64,000 nucleotides of DNA from Coriobacteriaceae bacterium (lineage in GTDB: Bacteria > Bacillota > Clostridia > Lachnospirales > Lachnospiraceae): the NCBI GenBank assembly GCA_963649395.1, contig CAVJHW010000001.1:241-64240 (forward strand). Direction: 5' to 3'. Within the stretch, counting starts at the first letter, position 1. Every line of letters begins with the position of its first letter. Position numbers and translations under genes: made by a program. Below, in pieces: positions 51,231-61,303 of the stretch. The notes under the pieces were generated by a model that ran no database searches, was not told where the DNA came from, and saw only the letters and a list, made by a program, of their open reading frames with translations.

Positions 51231-51836
51231 ATGTATTTGATAGTAGGTTTGGGGAACCCGGGGCGAAAGTATGAGGGAACCAAGCATAATGTGGGCTTTG
51301 ACACCATCACTTACCTGGCGGATGAGTATCGGATTCCCTATTCCGGGATCCAGCTGAAGGCTATGGTAGGGAAAGGGGTCATGGCAGGTCAGAAGGTTCT
51401 TCTGGCCAAGCCCATGACTTATATGAATCTAAGCGGGGAGGCTGTGGGAGCTCTGGTCCATTATTATAAGCTGGATCCGGAGCAGGAGCTGGTGGTCATC
51501 TACGATGACATCAGCCTGGAGCCGGGGGCGATTCGGGTGCGGAAAAAGGGCAGTGCCGGAGGACACAATGGCATGAAGAATATCATCAGCCATCTGGGGA
51601 CGGACCATTTTCCCCGTATCCGCATCGGAATCGGAGAGAAGCCTGCCAATTGGGATCTGGCGGACTATGTCCTGTCTCCCTTCTCCCGGGAGGACAGAGG
51701 CAGGGTGGAGGAAGCCGTGGAGGATGCGGCCAAAGCCTTGCAGCTGATTCTGGAGGGAAGCATGGATGAGGCCATGAATCGCTATAATAAAAAGGCAAAA
51801 GAGAGTGCAAAGGCCGGTAAGGGGAATCTGGAATGA
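51231..51836 (+). CDS. pth: Peptidyl-tRNA hydrolase
   Basis: GLGNPG, HNVGF, KPMTYMNLSG and GGHNG motifs. Confidence 0.96.
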   Translation: MYLIVGLGNPGRKYEGTKHNVGFDTITYLADEYRIPYSGIQLKAMVGKGVMAGQKVLLAKPMTYMNLSGEAVGALVHYYKLDPEQELVVIYDDISLEPGAIRVRKKGSAGGHNGMKNIISHLGTDHFPRIRIGIGEKPANWDLADYVLSPFSREDRGRVEEAVEDAAKALQLILEGSMDEAMNRYNKKAKESAKAGKGNLE

Positions 51837-54800
51837 GAGCTTTTATGCAGCCATTGGAGGAAATGGCGGGTATGGAAGACCTGAAGAGGCTGCTGGTTGG
51901 CAATCGGGGCCTGATTACAGTGACCGGATGTCTGGAATCCCAGAAGGCTCATCTGGCTGCGGGGCTGGCGGAGGGGTGTCCGACTCTTCTGTTGGTGGCG
52001 GAGAACGAGCTGAAGGCCAAGGAGCTCTATGAGGATTATCGCACCTATGATCCGGACCTAATCTTCTATCCCGCCAGGGATTTGATCTTCTATCAGGCTG
52101 ATCTGTCAGGCAACCTGCTGACCAGGCAGAGAATGAAAGTCATACAGGCATTGATGGAGCGGAAGAGAGTTACTGTAGTCACCAGTACCGGGGGCTGCAT
52201 GGACTACCTTCTGCCTCTTCGTGTGCTGAAAAAGCATATCCGACTTCTGAAAAATGACAGCAGGCTGGATCTGGAGGAATTCAGTCGCGATCTGACTGCC
52301 ATGGGCTATGAGCGGTGTGCCCAGGTGGAGGCCTCCGGCCAATTCTCTATTCGCGGGGGTATCCTGGATCTCTTTGCCCTCACGGAGGAAAATCCCTGGA
52401 GAATCGAGCTTTGGGGCGATGAGGTGGACTCCATCCGCAGCTTTGATGTGGAGAGCCAGCGATCGATCGAAAACCTCACGGAGATCACGGTCTATCCGGC
52501 TACCGAGGAGATTGGCCGGGAGGAGGAGGGATTTTATCAGAGACTGACGGATACCTTGCTGGATTATTTCCCGGAAAAGACCAGAATTTTCCTGGATGAG
52601 CCGGGTCGAATTCTGGAAAATGCCCGGGTCCTGTCTGAGGAATATCGGGAGTGTGTCATCCACAGGCTGGAGAAGGGTCAGATGAAGGCGGAGGAGGGCA
52701 ATCGCCTCCTGACACCGGAACAGCTGACTTATGAGATGAACCGGCGCAATTGTATCGGTCTTAGCCTGATGGAGCTGCGCAAGGGAGCTTGGGAGATTCG
52801 AGACCATTATAGCGTGACGGTCAAGCCCGTCAGTTCCTACAACCATCAATTTCCCCTTCTGGTGGAAGACCTGCGCAAATGGAAGCAGGCCGGTTACCGG
52901 GTGATTCTTTTGTCTGCCTCCCGTACCCGGGGCAATCGGCTGGCCAGGGATCTGCAAGAAGAGGGGCTGAATGCCTTCTACAGTGAGGAGAAGGATCGGC
53001 TCTTAAGTCCCGGGGAGATTTTGGTGGTCTATGGCTATGCCGGCCGGGGATTTGAATATCCCATGCAGAAGTTTGTTCTTATTACAGAGACGGATATCTT
53101 CGGAAAAGAGCAGAAAAGGAAGAAGAAAAAGCCGGAATACAGTGGGCAGAAGATTCAGGACTTTGCGGAACTGACTCTGGGGGATTATGTGGTGCACGAA
53201 AGCCATGGTTTGGGCATTTATCGGGGCATCGAGAAGGTCAAGGTAGACAATACCCTCCGGGATTATATCAAGATTGAGTATGCGGGAGGCAGCAATCTCT
53301 ATGTGCAGGCTACCCAGCTGGACCTTTTGCAAAAATACGGAGGCGGCACCGGCGGGGAGGTGCGAAGGCCCAAGCTGAATCAGCTGGGAGGCCAGGAATG
53401 GATCAAGACCCGCAATAAGGTCCGCAAGGCAGTGGCAGATATTGCCAAGGATCTGGTTGCCCTCTATGCGGCCCGTCAGGGAAGCTCCGGCTATCCATTC
53501 GCTCCGGATACGGTTTGGCAGAGGGAATTCGAGGAAATGTTCCCCTTTGAGGAGACGGCAGACCAGCTGGCGGCCATCGAGGCTACCAAGCGGGATATGG
53601 AAAGCCCTAAGATCATGGATCGCCTGATCTGCGGAGATGTGGGCTATGGCAAGACGGAGATCGCCATCCGGGCTGCCTTCAAGGCGGTACAGGAGAGCAA
53701 GCAGGTGGTTATCCTGGTACCTACCACGATTCTGGCGCAGCAGCATTATAATACCTTTACCCAGAGGATGAAGGATTTCCCGGTGCGGATTGACCTGCTT
53801 TGCCGCTTCCGGTCTCCGGCTCAGCAAAAAAAGACCCTGCTGGATCTGAAGAAGGGTCAGGTAGATATCCTCATTGGTACCCATCGGGTTCTGTCCAAGG
53901 ATGTGGTCTTCAAGGATCTGGGCCTTCTGGTGGTGGATGAGGAGCAGCGATTTGGGGTAACTCATAAGGAGAAAATCAAGAGATTGAAGCAGAATGTGGA
54001 TGTATTAACCTTGACTGCCACTCCTATCCCCAGGACCCTTCATATGAGCCTTATCGGTATCCGGGACATGAGCGTGCTGGAGGAGCCGCCCCTGGATCGG
54101 GTTCCCATCCAGACCTATGTAATGGAATACGATGAGGAGCTGGTGAGGGAGGCCATCAGCCGGGAATTGGCCAGAGGCGGCCAAGTCTACTATGTCCATA
54201 ACCGGGTGAATACCATTTTGGATCTGACCAACCGGATCTCCGCCCTGGTGCCGGAGGCCAATGTGGCCTATGCCCATGGCCAGATGAAGGAGCGAGAGCT
54301 GGAGAAGATCATGTACAGCTTTATCAACGGGGAGGTTGACGTTCTGGTCTCCACCACCATCATAGAGACAGGAATGGACATTTCCAATGTCAATACCATC
54401 ATTATCCACGATGCGGATCAGATGGGCCTGGCTCAGCTCTACCAGCTGAGGGGACGGGTGGGCAGAAGCAACCGCACCGCCTATGCCTTCCTGATGTACC
54501 GCCGCAACAAGATGCTGCGGGAAGAGGCGGAGAAGCGACTCATGGCCATTCGGGAATTCACAGATCTGGGCAGCGGGGTTAAGATTGCCATGCGGGATCT
54601 GGAAATCCGGGGTGCCGGCAATCTCCTGGGGGCGGAGCAGCATGGTCATATGGAAGCCGTAGGTTATGATCTCTACTGTAAGATGCTCAGCAAAGCTGTC
54701 CGGGATGCCAAGGGAGAGAAGCAGGAAGAGGAGGACTTTGATACGGTCATTGACCTGGTGGTGGACGCCTATATTCCGGAGGCTTATATCACGAATGAAG

Positions 54801-55201
54801 GTCAGAAGCTGGATATTTACAAACGAATCGCAGGGATAGAGACAGAGGAAGAAATGGAGCAGATGCTGGAGGAGCTGCTGGACCGCTTCGGAGAGCCCCC
54901 CCGCTGTGTTCGGAACCTGGTGGCTGCAGCCCAGCTGAAGGCCATGGCTCACCGCCTCTATCTCACAGAGATCAAGCAGGCAGGGAAGGAAATCCGCTTC
55001 TTCTTCTATGAAAAAGCCAGAATCGACGTGGGGGGAATCCCCCATCTTCTGGAGGAATACGGGCGCAAACTGCGTCTCCAGAAGGACAAGAAAATCGGCT
55101 TCCTCTACCAGCCCGGGAAAGCAGAGAAAAAGGGCGAAAATATCCTGACCCAGGTGGTCAGCTTCCTGGAAAGTATGGAAAAATACCTTTTGACACTGTA
55201 A
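51833..55201 (+). CDS. mfd: Transcription-repair coupling factor
   Basis: GDVGYGKT, DEEQRFG, TATPIPRT, QLRGRVGR and DLEIRGAGN motifs, plus a TRCF domain. Confidence 0.97.
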   Translation: MRAFMQPLEEMAGMEDLKRLLVGNRGLITVTGCLESQKAHLAAGLAEGCPTLLLVAENELKAKELYEDYRTYDPDLIFYPARDLIFYQADLSGNLLTRQRMKVIQALMERKRVTVVTSTGGCMDYLLPLRVLKKHIRLLKNDSRLDLEEFSRDLTAMGYERCAQVEASGQFSIRGGILDLFALTEENPWRIELWGDEVDSIRSFDVESQRSIENLTEITVYPATEEIGREEEGFYQRLTDTLLDYFPEKTRIFLDEPGRILENARVLSEEYRECVIHRLEKGQMKAEEGNRLLTPEQLTYEMNRRNCIGLSLMELRKGAWEIRDHYSVTVKPVSSYNHQFPLLVEDLRKWKQAGYRVILLSASRTRGNRLARDLQEEGLNAFYSEEKDRLLSPGEILVVYGYAGRGFEYPMQKFVLITETDIFGKEQKRKKKKPEYSGQKIQDFAELTLGDYVVHESHGLGIYRGIEKVKVDNTLRDYIKIEYAGGSNLYVQATQLDLLQKYGGGTGGEVRRPKLNQLGGQEWIKTRNKVRKAVADIAKDLVALYAARQGSSGYPFAPDTVWQREFEEMFPFEETADQLAAIEATKRDMESPKIMDRLICGDVGYGKTEIAIRAAFKAVQESKQVVILVPTTILAQQHYNTFTQRMKDFPVRIDLLCRFRSPAQQKKTLLDLKKGQVDILIGTHRVLSKDVVFKDLGLLVVDEEQRFGVTHKEKIKRLKQNVDVLTLTATPIPRTLHMSLIGIRDMSVLEEPPLDRVPIQTYVMEYDEELVREAISRELARGGQVYYVHNRVNTILDLTNRISALVPEANVAYAHGQMKERELEKIMYSFINGEVDVLVSTTIIETGMDISNVNTIIIHDADQMGLAQLYQLRGRVGRSNRTAYAFLMYRRNKMLREEAEKRLMAIREFTDLGSGVKIAMRDLEIRGAGNLLGAEQHGHMEAVGYDLYCKMLSKAVRDAKGEKQEEEDFDTVIDLVVDAYIPEAYITNEGQKLDIYKRIAGIETEEEMEQMLEELLDRFGEPPRCVRNLVAAAQLKAMAHRLYLTEIKQAGKEIRFFFYEKARIDVGGIPHLLEEYGRKLRLQKDKKIGFLYQPGKAEKKGENILTQVVSFLESMEKYLLTL

Positions 55202-55203
55202 CC
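55187..55203 (+). repeat. Copy of the dispersed 17-bp motif overlapping the mfd stop codon
   Basis: CTTTTGACACTGTAACC; TAA at 55199-55201. Confidence 0.7.
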
Positions 55204-55239
55204 AATTATGTGAAAAAAGTTTGAAATCTGTGAAAAAGA

Positions 55240-55268
55240 TTGCCTGAAAAGGGAAAAAAGGATATACT
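55240..55268 (+). promoter_or_regulatory. sigma-A promoter for the prsA-like gene
   Basis: TTGCCT-17-TATACT. Confidence 0.55.
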
Positions 55269-55421
55269 GGGAGACAAAGTGCGGTCGAAGGCCCAAAGGC
55301 AGACGGGTAAGTCGGCTTTTCCTATGCGCACTGCGAAACATTGGGTCGGGTATCAAGAGACCTAAACCTGTGATTGCCGGAGTTGGGCCGGTAATAAAAT
55401 AGAATGGATTTGGAGGTTGTT

Positions 55422-56597
55422 ATGAAAAGAAGGAAAACATTTGCCCTTTGCGGGGTTTTATCCCTGACTATGGCAGCAGCAGGATTGACAGGCTGCAGCA
55501 GCAAGGTGGACGGAACAGCCACTGCTTTGGTGGTTGGCGAGGAAGAAGTCAGCCTGGGAACTGCTAATTTTATCCTGCGTTATCAGCAGGCGGAGACCCT
55601 TTACATGATGCAGAACTATGGCATGGTATCCGAGGGCAGCAGCATGTGGGATTCTACGGTGGACAGCGGTACCTACGGAGAACAGTTTAAGGATAATATC
55701 AAGGATGATATTGTGGAAATGGTTCTTCTGCGCCAGCATGCCTCGGAATATAATGTAACGATTTCTGACGAGTATCAGGAACAGATTGAGAGTGCGGCCA
55801 AGACTATTATGGAGAGCAATGCGGATGCCATGGATCAGATTGGGGCCACCCAGGAGAATGTAGAGGAGATGATGGAGCTCTATACCTACAAGACCCTGAT
55901 GAAGGATCCTATGGTGGAGGATACAGACCGGGAGGTCTCGGATGAGGAGGCAGCTCAGACCAGAATTACCTACTCCCGTATCAAGCTGACGGGCACGGAC
56001 GATGATGGCAATACTACGGACCTGACCGATGAGGAGAAGGCCAGCCTGAAGGAGGAGTGCCAGGAATTGCTGGATCAGGTGCAGGCTTCCGCCGATCCTG
56101 CCAATGAGGATATTTCCACCCTGGCAGAGGCCATTGACGAGGACTTCCTGACCAGCGGTGTGAACTACAGTACCAATGATGAAGAGGATACAACGATTGA
56201 TGATGCGGTGAAGGAAGCTGTGAGCACCCTGTCGGATGGTCAGGTATATGATGGCATCATTGAGACGGATGACTATTATTATGTAGTACGTCTGGATCAT
56301 AAGTTTGACGAGGATGCCACCGAGACCAAGAAGCAGTCCATCATCAGCGAGCGGGAAGATGATAATTACGACAGCAAGGTGCAGGAGTGGAAGGATGCCA
56401 CAAGCATCGAGGAGAAGAGCCCCTGGAAGAAGCTGAAGGTAACCGATAAGGATGCCTATGTGGTGAAGACAGCAGATAGTACCGCTACTTCTACCTCCTC
56501 TGAGGACGCCTCTTCTGCCTCCAGCTCTTCTGTCAGCACGAGTTCTGCTGGCACTGAGAGCACCAGCGCTGCCTCCAGCTCTTCCAGCGAATCATAA
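55422..56597 (+). CDS. PrsA/SurA-like foldase lipoprotein
   Basis: Lipobox LTGC, parvulin-like IIETDDYYYVVRL, Ser-rich tail, and typical position after mfd. Confidence 0.7.
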   Translation: MKRRKTFALCGVLSLTMAAAGLTGCSSKVDGTATALVVGEEEVSLGTANFILRYQQAETLYMMQNYGMVSEGSSMWDSTVDSGTYGEQFKDNIKDDIVEMVLLRQHASEYNVTISDEYQEQIESAAKTIMESNADAMDQIGATQENVEEMMELYTYKTLMKDPMVEDTDREVSDEEAAQTRITYSRIKLTGTDDDGNTTDLTDEEKASLKEECQELLDQVQASADPANEDISTLAEAIDEDFLTSGVNYSTNDEEDTTIDDAVKEAVSTLSDGQVYDGIIETDDYYYVVRLDHKFDEDATETKKQSIISEREDDNYDSKVQEWKDATSIEEKSPWKKLKVTDKDAYVVKTADSTATSTSSEDASSASSSSVSTSSAGTESTSAASSSSSES

Positions 56598-56712
56598 GGA
56601 TTGTAGGAGTGCGTAGCCCGGAACAAGCTGTGCAACCAGAGATTTGGGCGTTTTGACATCCGAACCAGGGATTAGGGATGCGCAAACAAGCAAGGGAGGA
56701 GGGGTATCATAT

Positions 56713-57591
56713 ATGGAAAGGCAGGAATTTGAGAAGCTGACAAAGGACAGGATCACCTACCTGGACGGCGCCTTCGGCTCCAATATGGTGAAAAAGGGAA
56801 TGCCAAAGAATGTATGTGTGGAAGCCTGGCTTCTGGACCATAAGGAGTGGGTGACCAGCCTGCAGGAGCAATACCTGGAGGCAGGCAGCCAGATCATCTA
56901 TGCCCCTACCTTTTCTGCTAATTGCATCAGCCTGCGCAAGCATGGCAAAGAGGCAGATACGGGGAAGCTGAATCGGGAGCTGGTGGAGCTGACCCTGGAA
57001 AATGTGAAGGGACGGGCTTGGGTAGCTGGGGATCTGACCACCTCCGGAGAACTCCTGGATCCCCTGGGGGATCTGACGGAGGAGGAGCTGTATGAGGCCT
57101 ATTGCCAACAGATAGAGGCCCTTGCCCAGGCCGGAGCCGATCTTCTGGTGGCGGAGACCATGCTGAGCCTGCCGGAGACGGAGGTTGCCCTGCGGGCGGC
57201 CCTGGATACCTGCCAGCTGCCCATGATCTGCACATTGACGGTCGGAGAGGAGGGCAGAGCCCTCTTTGGGGGAACCGCAGCTGAGGCGGTGGAGACCCTG
57301 CAGGCTCAGGGAGCTTCCGCAGTAGGCGTGAATTGCTCTGTGGGACCCGATCAGCTGCAGGATGTGGTGAAGGCCATGAAGGCCTGTGCCAAGCTTCCCC
57401 TTGTGGTAAAACCCAATGCAGGCTTGCCCCTGATCAATGAAGAGGGAGAAGCCATCTACCAGATGAGTCCCCAGGACTTTGCGGCCCATATGGCAGACCT
57501 GGTGGATCTGGGAGCCAATCTGATTGGCGGCTGCTGCGGAACCACACCGGAATATATTCGGATTCTAAGAGAGCAGATGGAAAGACGATAG
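56713..57591 (+). CDS. Stand-alone homocysteine S-methyltransferase domain protein (MetH N-terminal-like)
   Basis: LDGAFGS, AETM, GVNCSVGP, KPNAGLP and IGGCCGTTPEYI Zn ligands. Confidence 0.88.
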   Translation: MERQEFEKLTKDRITYLDGAFGSNMVKKGMPKNVCVEAWLLDHKEWVTSLQEQYLEAGSQIIYAPTFSANCISLRKHGKEADTGKLNRELVELTLENVKGRAWVAGDLTTSGELLDPLGDLTEEELYEAYCQQIEALAQAGADLLVAETMLSLPETEVALRAALDTCQLPMICTLTVGEEGRALFGGTAAEAVETLQAQGASAVGVNCSVGPDQLQDVVKAMKACAKLPLVVKPNAGLPLINEEGEAIYQMSPQDFAAHMADLVDLGANLIGGCCGTTPEYIRILREQMERR

Positions 57592-57649
57592 GCTGTGCAC
57601 CTGGCTGTTCGGGCGGCAGAGGCTGTGCAGGTGACCATAGGAGACAGAT

Positions 57650-58480
57650 ATGTACAATGATTTACTGACCATTGGGCCTTTTACTATCCATGGATATGGA
57701 TTAATGACGGCCATAGGGATTCTGGCGGCCTATTTTACGGCAGAAAACCGGGCAAAGAAGAAGGGGCTGCAGCCGGAACGGGTCTTTGGCCTGGTTTGCT
57801 GGTGTGTGGTCCTGGGCTATATCGGCTCTAAACTCTTATATCTGTGCACCATTTTGCCGGATCTGATGGCAGACCCTGGTATCTTCTGGCGGTCTTTGGG
57901 AGATGGATGGGTAGTATTTGGGGGCATCCTGGGGGGCATCCTGGGGGGATATCTCTATTGCAGGCGCAGCAAGCTGGAGGCCTGGAAATACTTTGACCTA
58001 GGGCTGGCCAGTGTGGCCCTGGCCCAGGGCTTTGGCCGAATCGGTTGCTTCCTAGCGGGTTGCTGCTATGGGGTGGAGACGGACTGCCCCTTGTCGGTGA
58101 ACTTTACCCATTCGGACTTTGCTCCTCCGGGAAATAGAGTCCCTACCCAGCTGATCTCCAGCGGGCTGGACTTTCTTCTCTTTTTCTTTCTCATCCTCTA
58201 TGACAGGAAATGGAAGAAAAGGGATGGAGAGGTAACCGCCTGGTATCTGATTTTCTACAGTGCCGGACGTTTCCTCCTGGAATTCTGGCGAGGCGATGCT
58301 GCTAGAGGCTCCGTAGGCGGTCTGTCCACCTCCCAATTCATCGGGATCTTCACCCTGGCGGCGGGGCTTGTGCTGCTGGCTCTGCGGCGAAGAAGTCCGG
58401 AGAAGGCCGAGGAGAAGGTCGCGGAGGATATCAAGAAGAAAGTCGAGGAGAGTCCGGAAGAGAGTAAGAGCCAGGATTGA
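57650..58480 (+). CDS. lgt: Prolipoprotein diacylglyceryl transferase
   Basis: YG, GWVVFGG, QGFGRIGCFLAGCCYG, PTQL and RFLLEFWR motifs. Confidence 0.88.
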   Translation: MYNDLLTIGPFTIHGYGLMTAIGILAAYFTAENRAKKKGLQPERVFGLVCWCVVLGYIGSKLLYLCTILPDLMADPGIFWRSLGDGWVVFGGILGGILGGYLYCRRSKLEAWKYFDLGLASVALAQGFGRIGCFLAGCCYGVETDCPLSVNFTHSDFAPPGNRVPTQLISSGLDFLLFFFLILYDRKWKKRDGEVTAWYLIFYSAGRFLLEFWRGDAARGSVGGLSTSQFIGIFTLAAGLVLLALRRRSPEKAEEKVAEDIKKKVEESPEESKSQD

Positions 58481-58514
58481 GACAGGGAAGAAGCAGTCCA
58501 GGAGATGACCAAGG

Positions 58515-58551
58515 AAAAGGCATTCGGAAGTGGGTCCGGAATGCCTTTTTT
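58515..58551. terminator. Bidirectional terminator
   Basis: AAAAGGCATTCGGA...TCCGGAATGCCTTTTTT. Confidence 0.8.
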
Positions 58552-58590
58552 ATGTTTGGCCGGAAGCTCTTGCATCAAGGTGTCAATACA

Positions 58591-60126
58591 CTAGGTTGTC
58601 AATTCTTTTTTCAGATTCATCATCCGGAAGGAGATCATCAGATAGAAAAGCATATCTTCATTTTCAAAATCCACATTAATGAGCTCCCGGATCCGATCCA
58701 GGCGGTAGAGGAAGGTGCTACGGTGGATGAAGAGCTTTCGGGAGGCCTGGACGGCGTTCAGGTGGGTCTCCAGGTAGACCTTGAGGGTTTCACAATATTC
58801 GGAATTATGTCTGATATCATAGGCCTTGAGGGTTAGCAGTTTCTGGGAGCAAGCCATATGGATAGGCAGGTCCCGGCTGCAGCATTCCATCAGATAATAG
58901 AGGGAGATGTCCTCGAAGCGGTGAACCCAGCGGTAGCTCTGGTATTTGCTGCCGATGTCCAGGGCGATCTTGGCCTGCAGATAGCAATAGTGTAGATCTC
59001 TGGTGCCGACAATGGGATTGCTGACTCCGGTTTTCAGAAAGCTGTCTCGTAGGAAGACGGTGGTGCTGTTCAGCAGCTGGTCGACGGAGCCATCATAGCG
59101 GGACAAATTGACGAAGACCACCAGGTCATCCTCATAGCGGAAGGCACAGGAGCCGGACACAATGTCCTCAAAATGATGGCAGAGATAGTTGCTGGTCAGA
59201 TTTTGCTGGTCCAGGGAGGCAATTTTCATGCACATGGTACAGTAGCTGTGGGAGGAGGACCAACCAAAATCCGTGAGCCGATTGTCTATGACGGAATAAT
59301 CTGTCTCCTTGCCCATAATGATGTCCCCCAGCAGGTGCTCCAGAGAGTAGACGGTGTCGGAGGATTCAGCATCCAGATGATTCAGCACCAGCTGCACATA
59401 TCCGGCCAAATGCTCCAGCATAGGCGCCAGCTCCTCCTGGATCTCCGTTTGCGCTTCCACCAGAATCAGGCGATGAGAGTAATTTTGGTGCTGAAAGAGG
59501 TTCATGCACAGCTCCCGGAAGCCGGAGAGATACTCCGGAAGAAAAAAGGGCTTGGTATAATTCCGGGCCTCATTGTAGAGGGGGTTTAGCTTGCAGGTTG
59601 TCAAAGTTTCATAGGAATATTCCGCGTCAATCAGATGCGCCAGAGAAGGGGTGGCATCAATGATGCTGGAATAGGAAAGCATGAAGAAATCAGCCGCCCG
59701 CAGGATCAGGGGATTCCTAAAGATGGGATAACTGGCATCCAGGAGGTTCTGGAGGGTGCCATCCGTACGGATCAGCTCCTTGAGGGCATTGTCCCATTGA
59801 TCATATTTGTCGAAAAGCTGCTGCAGCTGGTTGAATAATTCCGGAAGCTTGCAGGACAGAGGAATTTCAAACATTTTGTTGGACACAGGATGAAAACCGG
59901 GAGCTTCAAAGGAACGGTAGAGAACCAGGATATCCTCCGGAAGGGCTTCCTTGCGCAGGTAGTCCGGGACAGCGTTGCAGATGCAGACATGTCCCTTGGG
60001 CCAGTGAGCCTGAGAGGACAGGAAAATAGGCCGCCCCAGGGTCAGAGCCGGGGAGAGAGAGGGATCGATTCCCAGGGAAAAGACCTGGTTTAGGTGCTGG
60101 ATAATGAGCTGGGGACTTAGATTCAT
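58591..60126 (-). CDS. PucR-family transcriptional regulator
   Basis: C-terminal HTH_30 NAVQASRKLFIHRSTFLYRLDRI. ATG at 60126 follows GGAGG. Confidence 0.85.
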   Translation of the reverse strand: MNLSPQLIIQHLNQVFSLGIDPSLSPALTLGRPIFLSSQAHWPKGHVCICNAVPDYLRKEALPEDILVLYRSFEAPGFHPVSNKMFEIPLSCKLPELFNQLQQLFDKYDQWDNALKELIRTDGTLQNLLDASYPIFRNPLILRAADFFMLSYSSIIDATPSLAHLIDAEYSYETLTTCKLNPLYNEARNYTKPFFLPEYLSGFRELCMNLFQHQNYSHRLILVEAQTEIQEELAPMLEHLAGYVQLVLNHLDAESSDTVYSLEHLLGDIIMGKETDYSVIDNRLTDFGWSSSHSYCTMCMKIASLDQQNLTSNYLCHHFEDIVSGSCAFRYEDDLVVFVNLSRYDGSVDQLLNSTTVFLRDSFLKTGVSNPIVGTRDLHYCYLQAKIALDIGSKYQSYRWVHRFEDISLYYLMECCSRDLPIHMACSQKLLTLKAYDIRHNSEYCETLKVYLETHLNAVQASRKLFIHRSTFLYRLDRIRELINVDFENEDMLFYLMISFRMMNLKKELTT

Positions 60127-60285
60127 GGAGACCTCCCGCCTTCTGTGGTGCAAAGCAGCTGGCTTTCCTCTGTGGTGCCGACGTCGGGGCTGCCCCTTGT
60201 CGGTTGGAAGAGCTGCAGCCCTTTGCAACTGTCTGCATGCCTGGGAACTTGTCCGGCATTTCGTTCTCAAAAAGTATTCATACAC

Positions 60286-60314
60286 ATTGTAGGAAAAAGC
60301 ATTTGAAAAGTCAA
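60286..60314 (-). promoter_or_regulatory. sigma-A promoter for the PucR gene
   Basis: Minus strand TTGACT-17-TACAAT. Confidence 0.6.
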
Positions 60315-60399
60315 TAGTTTTGCGGATACTGTGAAGGATTTTTTTTTGTTATAATGGGCACAGTCAAATTAGAATTCTATTTTGGAGGTATCTGAAACT

Positions 60400-61203
60400 A
60401 TGATTATTATTGGTGAGAAGATTAATGGATCTATCCCGTCCATAGCAGAAGCCATTGCCAACAGGGATGCAGATCTCATTAAGCAGCGTACCATTGCCCA
60501 GGCAAATGCAAACGCAACTTTTATTGATTGTTGTGCCTCTGTTCCGGAAGCAGAAGAGGTTGAGACTCTCAAGTGGATGATCGACTGCATCCAGGAAGTT
60601 ACAGACCTGCCCATCAGTGTGGACAGCCCCAGCCCGGATGTATTACTGGAAGCTTATAAGTTCTGTAAGCGTCCCGGTCTGATTAACTCTGTATCCATGG
60701 AAGGCGACAAGATTGATAAGATCTTCCCGGTTATCGCAGATACGGATTGGCAGGTAGTAGCACTTTGCAGTGATGATACCGGTATCCCCAAGACTGCTGA
60801 AGACCGTCTGCGGGTATTTAATAATATCATGGCTAAGGCTAAGGAATATGGCATTAAGCCCAGCCGTCTCCATATCGATCCCCTGGTAGAGATGCTTTGT
60901 ACCTCTGAGGATGGAATCGCTATGAATGAGGAGGTAATCAGCACCATTCGTCAGCAGTATCCGGATATCCATATCACAGCTGCTGTCAGCAATATTTCCT
61001 TCAATCTGCCGGTTCGTAAGATTCTGAACATGAGCTTTACCGTACTGGCTATGAAGGCTGGTCTGGACAGTGCCATCCTGGATCCCACCAACCGCGATAT
61101 GCTGGGCATCATCCTGGCTACCGAGGCTATGCTGGGCATGGATGATTTCTGCATGGAGTATATTGATGCCTATAGAGAGGGGCTCTTCGGACCCAAGAAG
61201 TGA
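60400..61203 (+). CDS. Methyltetrahydrofolate:corrinoid methyltransferase (AcsE/MT-II, pterin-binding domain)
   Basis: MIIIGEKING, ISVDSP, LINSVS, IDPLV, VSNISFNLP and LDSAILDP motifs. Confidence 0.88.
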   Translation: MIIIGEKINGSIPSIAEAIANRDADLIKQRTIAQANANATFIDCCASVPEAEEVETLKWMIDCIQEVTDLPISVDSPSPDVLLEAYKFCKRPGLINSVSMEGDKIDKIFPVIADTDWQVVALCSDDTGIPKTAEDRLRVFNNIMAKAKEYGIKPSRLHIDPLVEMLCTSEDGIAMNEEVISTIRQQYPDIHITAAVSNISFNLPVRKILNMSFTVLAMKAGLDSAILDPTNRDMLGIILATEAMLGMDDFCMEYIDAYREGLFGPKK

Positions 61204-61303
61204 TGAGCTGTCATGACTTTCTTATATCAGATTAATATGGGCTTCAGCGGAAAGAGGCCTATATTATATATAACTAATCATAACACAAACGGAGGAAAAG
61301 GTT

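Noticed and set aside
60127..60400. Cobalamin riboswitch upstream of the corrinoid cluster
   Set aside because: No B12-box or conserved cobalamin aptamer elements were recognised.
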